The translations under genes and the position numbers were made by a program. This document shows positions 20,626 through 31,833 of a stretch of 64,000 bases of DNA, piece after piece (within the stretch, counting starts at the first letter, position 1; every line of letters starts with the position of its first letter). The stretch is taken from IMG/VR virus record IMGVR_UViG_3300027819_000006. One strand, 5' to 3'. The notes beneath the pieces are model-generated. The model did not search any database. It had not been told where the DNA came from and worked only from the letters and a program-made list of their open reading frames with translations. The DNA is from a virus (lineage: Duplodnaviria > Caudoviricetes).

Positions 20626-21360
20626 ACATCATCACATATTCATGTTTGAAAAGTAAAGTTCCCCAAGCTAAAGACCTGTATGTTCTTAACGGTTCATTTT
20701 TACTATTTTGTGTTTCTCCAAAATCTTTCACAGCTACAAACGTACATTTATATCCATTATTCTCTATTATATCTGCTAGTTTACTTGATAATCTATACCA
20801 AGAAGACTTGTAATAAACATCGCCGATAACTAAACATATTAAAGATTCTGCATCTGTAAAAATGTTTATATTTTGTATAACAGAAGAAAATTTAACTAAA
20901 AAATCTTCAACAGAATAATTACTTAAATCTAATTCATCTTCAGAAAATTTTATAATATTTGTATATGGAGGATGTAACATCACTAAAGATGGTTTTATAA
21001 TATTTTTTCATGCATCATTTTTACTTCAGCTATATTAGATATGTCACATTTAATTATAGAGTCTCGAGTTGGATTCAAATCTGAAGATATGCATTTTCTG
21101 TTTAGTTTTTTACAAACATCTATAGTTGTTCCAGATCCAGCAAATGGATCAAATACTGTATCTCCTTCTTTTGTAAATCTTATCACTGCTTGCTTAACTA
21201 TGTCGGGATGGAAATTACCATGAAATTTATTATCTCCACAATTGTCTCTATCTACAAATTTTCCAATCCATATAGATGAAATCCAGATAATATTATCTTT
21301 AATTTGTTTCCAATTATTTTTAATATCAGCAGAAGTTTTCTTATGATATTTTGTTAACAT
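20612..21360 (-). CDS. N4/N6 DNA methyltransferase, split by a frameshift near 21003-21008
   Basis: FDPFAGSGTT (motif I) in the upstream ORF and HPPY (motif IV) in the downstream ORF; one extra A in the A6 run joins them (HEKNIIKPSLVMLHPPY). Confidence 0.8.
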
Positions 21361-21367
21361 TTTTTAT

Positions 21368-21799
21368 TTATTCTAACCCTAGTTCATGTCTTGTTTTAAT
21401 CAGATCAATCCTTTTCAGCTTATTTTCTTCTGACAAATCTTCATATCTACTCTCATTAATGTCAAAATTCTTAACATCAAAAAGTGTTCTGCTGTCATTC
21501 ATGCATACTATTAGATACTCATCGTTATCAGTTTTGTAGTGCAGACAAAGACCTCCTATTCCATTCTCATCATGCGATGGAAATATTTTTTTAAAACAAG
21601 AAAATTCTATTTTTTCCATTAATACTAAACAATTGCTTATAGCAATTCTATTTGGATGTTCAAAATCGCCATCCCAAGTTTCTTTAAAGTTATTGTATAG
21701 AGCTTCTACTCTTTCTTCATGAGATAAATCATCAGTATTCAGTGTGAGATTGTCTTTGTTTATCACTTTATTCTCTCTATGAACATTTTGAATAGCCAC
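21368..21799 (-). CDS. hypothetical protein
   Basis: 143-aa ORF. Confidence 0.55.
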   Translation of the reverse strand: MAIQNVHRENKVINKDNLTLNTDDLSHEERVEALYNNFKETWDGDFEHPNRIAISNCLVLMEKIEFSCFKKIFPSHDENGIGGLCLHYKTDNDEYLIVCMNDSRTLFDVKNFDINESRYEDLSEENKLKRIDLIKTRHELGLE

Positions 21800-24677
21800 A
21801 TGATATGCACACGCTGCAGCCGTTCTCCAATTTTAAACTTTTAGTATAACATTTAGGACAATCTAAATAGTTTAAAATTATTGTGGTTTTTTCATCAAGT
21901 TTAGCTAAATAATTTTTTATATTTTTCTTCTCTTCTTCATCTGTTATTTCTTCTGAAGAATAGCATGTAAGATTTTTATTTGAAATATCTGATTTTATAG
22001 CATCTATATCTTTTTCAGTCAAATTGTTTACTTTTTTTCTACTAACAAACATGTCTAATGCTACACTGATTGCTTTTGAAACAGAGTTCATATAATGTCT
22101 ATTATCATTACAATCATACCACCATACTCCCTGATTAGGAGATTCTATCTTCTTCAGATGGTTTATGATAAAAGTCATGTCTTCTGTTCGTCTCATTAGA
22201 GCAGATAGCAATATAGAGATAGTCTTTACATCTGTGTCATCTTTGCCATGAGAATTTACAAATATTTCAAATGGTCTGTTAGGATTGTCAGTAAAAGAAT
22301 TGATTGTTATGTATAAGTTTCTGTCAGGATCACATGGGATTTTGTAAGTTTCTCCTTTCAGAACTCTATCTCTTTTCTTTTTCTTTTCAGGTTTTGTAAC
22401 AACTTTTTTCTCAGTATCCAACAAATTCCAAAACTCTTTGTTCACAGCTTGCTGTATATCTGTATCTAATGGTTTACTATTTTCTATCAAATTTTCTGCA
22501 ACTTTATTCATTTCTTCTAACATCTTTGATTCTATGCCTGAAAGTATTTCATCTGAAGAATTAGCAGCTTCTAAAGTTTGTACTATTTTATCTAATTCTT
22601 CTGTGTTATCTTTCATTATTCTCATTTTTTCATTGAATTCTTTTTCTGTTTTCAACCCTTTGTTTTTGAATTCATCAGATATCAAAACTCCTTCTCTAGA
22701 TCCTTCTCTATATACTGTTATAGATTTTAATCCATCTTTCCAAGCTTGTCTATATATCTGATCTACAATGGCTACTGGAATATCATTTTTTAAGGACACA
22801 GTACTAGATATACTATTATCAATATATCTCTGAACGACTGACTGCAATTTAACTCTATAGAATGGATCTATATCGTGAGATGTTATTACATAATCTGGAA
22901 GTTTTGAATAATCTTCAAATAATTCTTTAATAACTCCAGGATATGTTTTAAACTCTTTGAAAGTTTCGCCATCAGCTTGTCTAACTCTTCTAGCATAAGA
23001 TTTAGCGAACAGAGGTTCGATTCCCGAAGACACTCCGACAGTCATGTTATTTTTTTCTTCACAGCCATTCCTGCAAATTATAGAGCCAGTCCCAACAGGA
23101 GCTACAGTAGTTAAAAATGAATTTCGAATGCCAAATTCTTTTAAAGTAGCTACTATATTAGATTCTATTCCACAATTAGTAGAATGATCTTCTATCCATC
23201 TTTGTACAAATTCAGATTTAGACCATTTTTCAAAATTGAATAATAAGAAAGATTTCTTTTCTTTTGCTAGTTCTACAGAAGTTTCATAAGCTGAATTTCT
23301 AAAAGTTTTCATTACTTCTTCAGTGAATTTTAAAGCTTCTTCAGAATCATATTTTATTTCTAATCTTATCAAACAATCTGCTAACCCTGTTATTCCTAAC
23401 CCTATTCTTCTTTCATTTAAAACAGTTTCTTCTTGCTGAGGTAAAGCATGTTTTCCTTTATTCCAGTCTATTACATTGTCTAAAAATCTTACAGCAATTT
23501 TAACATCTTTAAAGAAAGAATCAAAATTGAATTTATGTTTTTCAATACCAGCTACATTTATGCCAGTTATATAAACATATTTACTTAAATTCATATGTCC
23601 AAGATCACATGCAGAAAATGCACCTAAGAATTGCTCTCCGCATGGATTGACTGATATAGCTGGATTACAATACCATAGAGCATCATTTCTTCTATGATTA
23701 TCAATCAGCAGAATTCCTGGTTCTGCATGCTCATGAGCATTTCTAATCAATTCATCCCAAATATCTCTTGCTTTTACTATTTTAATTATCTTTGGATTAT
23801 CAGAATCTATTGGCCATTTTTGTACAAAATCCGTATCATTTTCAACAGCTTTCATAAATTCATCTGTTATCATCACAGAAATATTAGCATGCTCTACTAA
23901 CTTATACAGATTATTTCTATTTTTTTTATCTTCTTCATTGACATAATCTATTTTGCCCAATATTTTCTTTACATTAATGAATGACAAGATTGATGGATTC
24001 TGGACACTCATCGTGAGCATCAGAGCTCCTCTTCTTAGTTTCTGATGCACTGTATGTGTAGATTCAGACATCAAATTCATAAAAGAGCATGGTCCTGGTG
24101 AGAATCCACCAGAATTTTTAACCGGCATTCCTTCTGGTCTTAATACATCTAGAGAAGTTCCTACACCTCCAGTTGAACGAAAAACAACTGCCGACTCTTT
24201 TAGCCAAGTATAGATACCTTCTAAAGAATCAGCCGGTATTTTGTATTTATTTAATACAGAATCATCAAATGCATTACTATAATCTATTAATTCAAATTTT
24301 TCATCTGTATCTATATACCATCTTTCCCAATCTATTGTTTCTCGAATTGGTATAACATAACAATTCATTGCTGTTACTTTTTCATCTCTTCCAAGAGCAT
24401 AGTTTATTCTACCACCTGGTATAAATTTCCAATCATCTAATAGATTATAGAATTCGTTATACCAGTGTTTCACTCTTGAATCTATAGAATTAGCTGTTTG
24501 TTCTCCATATTCTCTTTCAATATTTGCTGCAGCACTAGCTAGTCTTTTCCACATATCTGAAGGATGATTTTCATTATCCATTAGATATTTATCTATTAGA
24601 ACTTGGCTAGCTAATTCATCTCCATTGTAGTAGTCTAAAATCTTATTATATCTATCTTGTTTTTGCTCTTCAGTCAT
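21777..24677 (-). CDS. nrdJ: Class II (B12-dependent) ribonucleotide reductase
   Basis: FIPGGRI, NCYV, RRGALM, NPCGEQ, RRIGLGITG, TVAPVGT; C-terminal TSCPD/Zn ribbon CPKC..CISC. Confidence 0.92.
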   Translation of the reverse strand: MTEEQKQDRYNKILDYYNGDELASQVLIDKYLMDNENHPSDMWKRLASAAANIEREYGEQTANSIDSRVKHWYNEFYNLLDDWKFIPGGRINYALGRDEKVTAMNCYVIPIRETIDWERWYIDTDEKFELIDYSNAFDDSVLNKYKIPADSLEGIYTWLKESAVVFRSTGGVGTSLDVLRPEGMPVKNSGGFSPGPCSFMNLMSESTHTVHQKLRRGALMLTMSVQNPSILSFINVKKILGKIDYVNEEDKKNRNNLYKLVEHANISVMITDEFMKAVENDTDFVQKWPIDSDNPKIIKIVKARDIWDELIRNAHEHAEPGILLIDNHRRNDALWYCNPAISVNPCGEQFLGAFSACDLGHMNLSKYVYITGINVAGIEKHKFNFDSFFKDVKIAVRFLDNVIDWNKGKHALPQQEETVLNERRIGLGITGLADCLIRLEIKYDSEEALKFTEEVMKTFRNSAYETSVELAKEKKSFLLFNFEKWSKSEFVQRWIEDHSTNCGIESNIVATLKEFGIRNSFLTTVAPVGTGSIICRNGCEEKNNMTVGVSSGIEPLFAKSYARRVRQADGETFKEFKTYPGVIKELFEDYSKLPDYVITSHDIDPFYRVKLQSVVQRYIDNSISSTVSLKNDIPVAIVDQIYRQAWKDGLKSITVYREGSREGVLISDEFKNKGLKTEKEFNEKMRIMKDNTEELDKIVQTLEAANSSDEILSGIESKMLEEMNKVAENLIENSKPLDTDIQQAVNKEFWNLLDTEKKVVTKPEKKKKRDRVLKGETYKIPCDPDRNLYITINSFTDNPNRPFEIFVNSHGKDDTDVKTISILLSALMRRTEDMTFIINHLKKIESPNQGVWWYDCNDNRHYMNSVSKAISVALDMFVSRKKVNNLTEKDIDAIKSDISNKNLTCYSSEEITDEEEKKNIKNYLAKLDEKTTIILNYLDCPKCYTKSLKLENGCSVCISCGYSKCS

Positions 24678-25025
24678 CTATTTCTCAGTTTTAAAAGTTA
24701 GTATATAGTCAAAATCATTTCTGTCAATGTGTTTTATTGTAAATTCTCTTAAAGCTTTTGCTCCTAATTCTATTTCATTTACAACATATCCTGTAGGATC
24801 TAGTGATTGCATTTTTATATTTCTTGAATCATGCATTAATATGTATTCTGTGAGAATGCATTGAGCAGCATAATCTATTAAATCGTATAGAGTTATGCTA
24901 TTAAAAATATTTGGCAAACTTCTTGTAAATCCTACAGGTTTATCATCTATGAATAGAAGATATCTGTTTTTCTTTGCAGACTCATATTGAGCTACATTTT
25001 CACTTGTCATTTTTAATCTGCTCAT
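24678..25025 (-). CDS. hypothetical protein
   Basis: 115-aa ORF. Confidence 0.55.
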   Translation of the reverse strand: MSRLKMTSENVAQYESAKKNRYLLFIDDKPVGFTRSLPNIFNSITLYDLIDYAAQCILTEYILMHDSRNIKMQSLDPTGYVVNEIELGAKALREFTIKHIDRNDFDYILTFKTEK

Positions 25026-25419
25026 TCAATTCTATAAAGAAAAATTTAGCTGCGCTGATCAAGTTCATAAAAGATTTAGCTTTGAATGTTAGAACTGACT
25101 GCTCATCAGCAAATAAACTTTTTCTTTCTACTAACTGTCCATCTTTTTTAATATGTTCTGGAATGCTCACAACTTTTAAATACCATACATCTTCGAACAT
25201 TTCTGAAGCTCTGCCCCAGGGTTCAAATTCTTGTTTAAAGCTTATTTCGAACTCATCTAATGTTTGATATTCATGCCTAAGAACTCTATATTCCATCATC
25301 AATCTTTTTAATTCTGTCACAGGCAAATATTCTTGTTTATCAGACATGTAGCGATCAAAATCATTATTTCTTTTACTCTGCAAAGAATTAACTTTTGAAT
25401 CTATGTCTGAAACTTTCAT
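25000..25419 (-). CDS. hypothetical protein
   Basis: 139-aa ORF. Confidence 0.55.
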   Translation of the reverse strand: MKVSDIDSKVNSLQSKRNNDFDRYMSDKQEYLPVTELKRLMMEYRVLRHEYQTLDEFEISFKQEFEPWGRASEMFEDVWYLKVVSIPEHIKKDGQLVERKSLFADEQSVLTFKAKSFMNLISAAKFFFIELNEQIKNDK

Positions 25420-25640
25420 ACACCATAAATCCTCTCTTGAGTACCGCTTTCATGAGTAACCCATAGCTCAAATTCAATTTTCTGGTTGAATCTGGGTTTT
25501 GAATTATTCTTCATCTCTTGACATATTCTTCTCATTTTTTCTTCTGAAGTCTTGTGTTTTGGTGCAGACATAACTACAGAAGTAGAAATACCTTCTAGTC
25601 CATCATATAAAATTTCATTTATGAAAAATCTTGCATTCAT
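25416..25640 (-). CDS. hypothetical protein
   Basis: 74-aa ORF with a GGAG RBS. Confidence 0.5.
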   Translation of the reverse strand: MNARFFINEILYDGLEGISTSVVMSAPKHKTSEEKMRRICQEMKNNSKPRFNQKIEFELWVTHESGTQERIYGV

Positions 25641-25812
25641 CTATTACTCCTTATTAATTCTACATTGATACAAAAAATAATGCAAATAATAGCCAAGCTA
25701 CACAAGCCAATATCTTTGATAAAAATGATACTAGATGCAATATATTCATGCAAACTATCGGCCACCCTAATAGCCAGACTAATATCGTTAGTGCTTTGAA
25801 ATTTTTATCCAT

Positions 25813-26052
25813 TTAATATTTCCCTTTATTGCTAAACCAGTTTCCGACCCAGTTAAACATTACTTTTCCAGTATATAGTCGTGTGCATTCTGTATTTCCG
25901 CAATTATTACAATATGGAATAACTTTAGAAGCATCTTTTATTCCTTTACCTTTATCAGAACTCCACTCATCATATTCTTTGAAAGACATTTCAACTTCCC
26001 ATATTCTTTTGCATTTATTGCACTGAAAATCATAAATTGGCACAAAAATCAA
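25813..26052 (-). CDS. FmdB-like zinc-ribbon protein
   Basis: PIYDFQCNKC ... CNNCG. Confidence 0.7.
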   Translation of the reverse strand: MIFVPIYDFQCNKCKRIWEVEMSFKEYDEWSSDKGKGIKDASKVIPYCNNCGNTECTRLYTGKVMFNWVGNWFSNKGKY

Positions 26053-27452
26053 TCACCTCTATCTGCTTTGAAATCATCATAGAGCTTACCCAATTTTGCT
26101 CTAACAGTTTGTTGGGGATCTAAATATTCTGAACTACTCTGATCTTGTCCTTGTTCATTGATTTCATTAGTTATATCTATAAAGCTTGTAGCTGTATCTA
26201 TAAAAACATTATATATCTGACCATCTTTACCGATTCTATTTTTAGCAATATATAGTTTGCCATGATTTGTCAATTTATCTTTCAGACTTCTTGAAAAACT
26301 CATTACGAAATCTGCAACTTGAGCTTTAGCATAAGATTCACCAATTCTGTCTAAAGTTATTATTTCCTCATTATTTCCCATCCTATTACTCTGAGAAGCA
26401 CTCAAGATTGGGAGTTGCAATTCACCAGACATCCTTCTCAAATCTTCATATATTGCCTCTACTTCAAATCTTTTCTGTTCATATCCCCTTTTTGAAAGCA
26501 TTAAATCTGCATAATCTACAATCACTAATCCTGGTTTAAAACCCGATGAAAGCAATCTTCCTAAGTGAAATCTAAGAGTATTTACAGTAGCAGATTTAGT
26601 AGGATATTCTTTAATAATTAATTTGCCACCTTTAAACTGACTTAATTTTTCTTCCGCTTCTTCAGCTCTTTCTCTGATTTTCTTTATCGGAATTCCTGTA
26701 ATTCTTGCATCATATCTATTTCCAATATTTCTTTCAGATAATTCAAAACTATAATGAACTACATCTATACCAGCTTTCAGAGCACCATATCCAAGATTAA
26801 TTAACCAGAAACTTTTGCCCCCACCAGTTGGAGCTAATATTATAGCAAGTTCTCCTCCAGCAAATCCACCATCTAGACAATCTATATCATCTAGTTGTTT
26901 GAATCCTGTAGGTACTGCTTTTCTAATATTTATTTGAGTTCTAATATTCAACCCTTCAAAATAATCATGCCCTAAATCTATACTTGTTCCAATTTTTAGA
27001 GCATCTTCTACTGTCTTGAATATTTTTTCAAATCTTGAATCATCACCAGTTTTCAATAAATCAACAGATCTTAATATAGCATGTTCCATTGATTTATTTT
27101 TGCAGAATTCAAAAACTTTATCTTTAGTCTGTTCTAATTCTTTTACATTCACTTTATGCTCTATATCAAATAGAGCTTTTAAAATCAATTCTTTTAGATC
27201 ATCATCTGGATAATATGCTATTTCTACTTTTACTGCATCAAATGTTGGTAAACATTGATATTTTTCGTAGTACTTTTTAATCTCATTCCATATTACTTTA
27301 TGAGGTTCAGATCCAAAATATTCAGATTTTAGAACTTCATATACATTATCAAAAAATTTAGCATCTGTTAGTGCACTTTGTAAAGTTTTTGTTTGAAAAT
27401 CAATTCCAAACATTGAAAATGTATCATAGTGGTTAGACATCAAGTTCTCCAA
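26049..27452 (-). CDS. dnaB: Replicative DNA helicase (DnaB/gp41 family)
   Basis: APTGGGKS, FELSE, VIVDYADL, SASQSNR, IAKNR. Confidence 0.92.
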   Translation of the reverse strand: MENLMSNHYDTFSMFGIDFQTKTLQSALTDAKFFDNVYEVLKSEYFGSEPHKVIWNEIKKYYEKYQCLPTFDAVKVEIAYYPDDDLKELILKALFDIEHKVNVKELEQTKDKVFEFCKNKSMEHAILRSVDLLKTGDDSRFEKIFKTVEDALKIGTSIDLGHDYFEGLNIRTQINIRKAVPTGFKQLDDIDCLDGGFAGGELAIILAPTGGGKSFWLINLGYGALKAGIDVVHYSFELSERNIGNRYDARITGIPIKKIRERAEEAEEKLSQFKGGKLIIKEYPTKSATVNTLRFHLGRLLSSGFKPGLVIVDYADLMLSKRGYEQKRFEVEAIYEDLRRMSGELQLPILSASQSNRMGNNEEIITLDRIGESYAKAQVADFVMSFSRSLKDKLTNHGKLYIAKNRIGKDGQIYNVFIDTATSFIDITNEINEQGQDQSSSEYLDPQQTVRAKLGKLYDDFKADRGD

Positions 27453-28550
27453 AATGTGTTATTGTTCTTCGAATATCCATATTGCCAAGATGTATCAAAA
27501 TCATAAAAAGTATCTATCCATTTATCTACTTTCTGTTGAGATAGATCATCTTCTACTGTTAAATATCTTGTTGTAACTGCATTGAATGTTGGTTCTACTG
27601 AAAATGTTTTTTCTATTGAGTCTATTGCTGCGAGGCTTATATTTGGTTCAAGAAGCTGTATAAGTTCTTGATTTTGTTGAAGTGTTGCTATATTTTCTTC
27701 TGTTATGTACTTTTCATATCTCTTATTTATTTTGCTCTCCTGTTTAGCATATTGTACAATATCGTTGATCTCATATTTTCTTTCAGAAGACAGAAATGGA
27801 AAATCTTTCAACACTGTTTTCTCACCTACTCTTGGTATTCCTTTGATATTATCAGCATCTCCAGTAAAGCATTTTATTATGATATAATTCTGAGGATAAC
27901 ATTTAACATAATTAACTAAATAGTTGTATGTGATTATTTCACCATATGTTTTTAAATTATCCCCTTTCTTATTTAAAACTGGAGTTGCTTCTTTTGTTAA
28001 ATCTTTTCCAATTGCTATATTCCCATCTAATATGTCGTTTGCTAATATGTTTCTTTTTACTGGTCTCAACAATTTAGTATGCTTATCTATTAGCTGATAG
28101 TAATCTCTATCAGTAGATAGAATTATTTTTTCATAATTGCTACTTTTAAATACTTTGTTACAGCTATATGCTATGACATCATCTGCTTCTAGATAGTCTA
28201 TACTGAACTGGTAAAATGGAAATGAATTGACATATTTTTTCAATCTTATCAATTCACTTTTTATTGCTGCTCTTTCAACATCTGGATCAGTAAACATTTT
28301 TCTATTAAATCCTGAACTTTTGCGCCCTGCTTTATATTCTGCTAATAGTTTTCTTCTTCTTTCTGCTGAACCCTTGCCTTCCCAATAGAAACATACTATA
28401 TCAGGTTTTAATCTATTCATAACTCCTAATATGCTATCTATAGAAGTTATATATCCTCCTGTATGTTCACCATTATCATTACATAGAGAAGAAGCGCAAA
28501 AATTTCTAAAAAAAAAGGTTCATGCTATCAATTAACAGCACTGTTTTCAA
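27440..28550 (-). CDS. 5'-3' exonuclease / flap endonuclease (Pol I N-terminal type); frameshift in the A9 run at 28508-28516
   Basis: TTG start at 28550 gives MKTVLLIDSMNL; removing one T joins it to FFRNF...EADDVIA...STDRD...GDADNIKGIPRVGEKT. Confidence 0.85.
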
Positions 28551-29404
28551 TTATATTATTCTCCATTCTTTATGAATTTCATTATCCCAAATACGTATCA
28601 ATTTATATCCATACTTTTTTGCTAACTGGTTTTTATATTCATCATTTTTCATTATTTCTTGCCACATCTTAGGTCTACATTCTTCATATCTAGCATGCCA
28701 ACAACAACCATCTAATTCAATCAATGTATTATAATCAATTAAAAATCATAACATTTATTTTCTAATCTATATTGCTGTTTGAAATTTATGTTCATACTTT
28801 TTAATATTTCTTTAACTTCTAGTTCTGGCTTAGATATCGATACATTATGGTGAGTAGATAAATAATTCAATCTAGCATCTGACATTTTAAGCTTAGATGC
28901 TTCAGAATGTGCTCTTCCATAAGCAGCTGATAATTCACCAGTTAGGCCATACTGCGAATGATTTTCTCCTCTCAGATGATCATTACAGTACTGATCCCAT
29001 ACTTTAACTCCTTCAACTTCTCCGAATGTTTTAAATATAAAAGATTTTTGACTGTGATGTTTACTTCCTTTCTTCATATTAGCTTTATGCTCTTCAGTTT
29101 TCTCCTTTCCTTTCATTGAAAGACTGATTTTATTTCTAGAAAAATCAGAAGTTATTTCAGCTAATTCAAATTTTGTTAAATATTCAGCTGTTGTCATATT
29201 ATGTTTATCTAACAAGTGTTGAGCATTTACTCTTCTGAATTTTTCATGACATATTAAGCATTCGACAGTTCTTTCTATATCATTTATTTTATTTTCTGCT
29301 TTTATTTCAGCTTGACAATCTTTACATATTCCACATTTATTTGTTACTCCTAATGGTTTAATTTTACATACAGAGCATCTTTCATTATTCTTAAATCCTC
29401 TCAT
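28551..29404 (-). CDS. NUMOD3 + Vsr/DUF559 endonuclease (frameshift near 28741-28745)
   Basis: SKPELEV...CYDF, continuing in a shifted frame as LIDYNTLIELDGCCWH...LIRIWD...EWRII*. Confidence 0.8.
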
Positions 29405-29420
29405 CTTATTTCTCCAACTA

Positions 29421-29506
29421 ACAAACCAATTAGTGACGTCCTAATAGGTAGACCTACAGGCTAATTGGTTTGTAATATATTTATATTTAAGCCTATTAGA
29501 ACGTCA
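29421..29506 (-). promoter_or_regulatory. Structured two-stem leader, copy 1
   Basis: Inverted repeats 29421-29433/29461-29473 and 29434-29448/29492-29506, interleaved; U.G wobble on the minus strand. Confidence 0.8.
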
Positions 29507-29536
29507 TATATAAATATACTATGAGAAATAAAAGAA

Positions 29537-29590
29537 TTACAAATTATGAGAATCTACTAAAAGTATTGTTCTTTTTGAATTGTTGTCCAT
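29537..29590 (-). pseudogene. Truncated duplicate N-terminus of the 5'-3' exonuclease
   Basis: AAGGAG RBS then MDNNSKRTILLVDSHNL*; compare MKTVLLIDSMNL at 28550. Confidence 0.75.
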
Positions 29591-29649
29591 TAAACTCCTT
29601 GTATTTATAAATATCACTTTCAAAGCTTATAAGACATGAAGAACAAACT

Positions 29650-29689
29650 AAAATGGTAACCATTTTTAATTAAAATAGTTACTATTTTA
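29650..29689. repeat. Two tandem imperfect 17-19 bp palindromes
   Basis: AAAATGGTAACCATTTT and TAAAATAGTTACTATTTTA. Confidence 0.6.
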
Positions 29690-29757
29690 AAACAAATTGT
29701 CTATTCATTTATGACTGAGGATACTCATTTAAAAAATCAACATTATCAGATATTTCA

Positions 29758-30315
29758 TCAACTATAAATTTGATCACATGAATGTCCTCTAAATGTTTGA
29801 GCTTCTTTTTCATACCATTCTTCTGGATGAGTCAAAAAAGAATTTGGTATAGAAAATCTTCTATCTACTCCATATTCTTTATCTTCATACAGATAATCAA
29901 ATGCTTCTTTATAAGACAATCCTTCAGACAGCTTCTGATTAAAATCTTCTCTCAATGGAATACTAGAATTTGATTCACCCTTTACAGGTCTTGAAGCTAA
30001 TTTATCAGAATTTCCATCAATTTTTTCACCACATTCATAGCAATAAATACATTTATCTATTGTATTGATGAAAAAACTGACATTCAATTTGCTATATAGA
30101 TGATTAGCTATATCACTTGTTGCAGTGTACAAATATTTTCTACTTGTCCTTTTTATTGCTAGTGCTTGAAAATAGCATGATTCATAATGCCATTTTCTGT
30201 GAAGATCTCTAAGTTGGTAATCTTGTAGTTTCATAGTTTTAACAATTTCATAAAAATACCCATGCTCATCATAAATGGCATGCCAGAAGTGAATACTGAA
30301 AAGAATGTGATACAA
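29758..30315 (-). CDS. hypothetical protein
   Basis: 185-aa ORF with CxxCxxC. Confidence 0.5.
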   Translation of the reverse strand: MYHILFSIHFWHAIYDEHGYFYEIVKTMKLQDYQLRDLHRKWHYESCYFQALAIKRTSRKYLYTATSDIANHLYSKLNVSFFINTIDKCIYCYECGEKIDGNSDKLASRPVKGESNSSIPLREDFNQKLSEGLSYKEAFDYLYEDKEYGVDRRFSIPNSFLTHPEEWYEKEAQTFRGHSCDQIYS

Positions 30316-31082
30316 ATTATGGCTGAGCTTGTATCGCCAAAACGCATCTTGTTCAGTAATTAAATTAGCTTTCTATCTCTCAAACAATTTAGAAATAAAA
30401 TAATCGCTGGGCCAAATGCTGCATACACAAAAGAATAAATTAATCCCCATTGATGGCTCATGCTATAGAAAAATAACAGAGCATATAGAATAGCATTGAG
30501 AGCACAATAATATCCTGAGTACATTATTCAGCCCTTCATATCAAATGTAGACTCATACATAGTTCTCATCTTAGCATCTATGAAGCTCTGAGATGACCAT
30601 AGAACAAACTTAAGTCTTTGTTTATATAATCTATTTAACTTAGCTTTATAGTTGATCAGATGTACATCTTTGATCATCTAGTTAACTATGGTTAACATAG
30701 CTACAACTTCATTGTTATGCAAGAATACTTTGTAGTCAGAAATTGTTACATTTTCCATGTGCACATTGTTGTGATTCTTTACTCCAAAATCTAAAATTCC
30801 ATTCATTCTCTGTGTTAACTCTTCGTAGTTTTTACATTTCAGTTGCAGATAAAAAGTGCTGTTCATTTATTCTCCTTTCTGAGTGTTAATTTAGATCAAC
30901 TCCTACAACATCGACAGGATAACGTGCAATATTCACTACAACCTTCTTCCGAGGATTCAGTTTAGAAGACTTTGTCATCTGAACAATCTTCATGCCGTTG
31001 ACAATTGTTTGTGAGAAATGGATATTTGTAGCATTCATTTTTTTAAGTCTCCTATGTGTTAAGTTGTTGCATTCAATGGTTA

Positions 31083-31111
31083 AATATAAACAATCTATGT
31101 TCAAAAGTAAA
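31083..31111 (-). promoter_or_regulatory. sigma70-like early promoter
   Basis: TTTACT-17-TATATT with the conserved spacer ATAGATTGTT. Confidence 0.75.
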
Positions 31112-31117
31112 CAGTTT

Positions 31118-31567
31118 TTAATTCCACAGTGCTCTAAAATATATTGCAAAATTCATTAATCCTTCATTTATTATTTTTTCATTAGCTTCGAACAACTCTT
31201 GTGAAAAATGTCCATCTACATAGTCTATATCAAAATGATCATCTTCTCTTTTAATCAGTTCAAATGCTTCTATCATAGATTGCAATTTATCTTGCCATTC
31301 AGCAGAATATTTTACATCTCTTTCTTTTGATTCTTCTGTAGTCAGCTTTTGAGTGTCGTTATAATCAGAGAAAAAACATCCAGGAATTGTAGCATCTCCA
31401 TATTTCTCTTTAAATAATTTCAGCTTTGGAAGTACAAACTCTACTATAGCATGATCTAAATTCCAAATCTGAATATCTGAATAGCCTCTGAATGTTTTTT
31501 GTAGAAACATTTTGATTCTAAATTTATAGTCTGATATAGTATAAAGTATTCTATGTAAATGTATCAT
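31118..31567 (-). CDS. hypothetical phage protein
   Basis: 149-aa ORF (WNLDHAI...LPKL...GL..F..YF..LW). Confidence 0.6.
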   Translation of the reverse strand: MIHLHRILYTISDYKFRIKMFLQKTFRGYSDIQIWNLDHAIVEFVLPKLKLFKEKYGDATIPGCFFSDYNDTQKLTTEESKERDVKYSAEWQDKLQSMIEAFELIKREDDHFDIDYVDGHFSQELFEANEKIINEGLMNFAIYFRALWN

Positions 31568-31818
31568 ATTAGATCCCTCTGATGTAGGTCTTCAATTTCT
31601 TCTCTTGTCAATCGTTTCAACACACATTTCGGAATGCCTTCTTTGCAGTTTCCATTCATATAGAAAGAAGCTTCTTTTAGGTAAGCTTTCTTGTCTATTA
31701 ATGGTAAGTCATCAAAACCTGTATATTCTGCTAACTCATTAATGCTCCACAGTCTATCTTCTCTTTTATCTTCTTCAAACATTATCTGAGCAAATCTTTG
31801 TACAGAAAGTTGAGACAT
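31564..31818 (-). CDS. hypothetical protein
   Basis: 84-aa ORF with a GGAG RBS. Confidence 0.55.
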   Translation of the reverse strand: MSQLSVQRFAQIMFEEDKREDRLWSINELAEYTGFDDLPLIDKKAYLKEASFYMNGNCKEGIPKCVLKRLTREEIEDLHQRDLI

Positions 31819-31833
31819 TCTGAAAATCTCCTT

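Noticed and set aside
29507-29520. TATAAATA on the plus strand as a T4-type late promoter
   Set aside because: It points away from the genes. On the coding strand it reads TATATTTA, the same -10 box as the sigma70-like promoters.
28551-29590. Nuclease cassettes as group I introns
   Set aside because: The non-coding parts are only about 100-130 nt, no P7 core was seen, and the downstream gene has its own complete start, so splicing is unnecessary.
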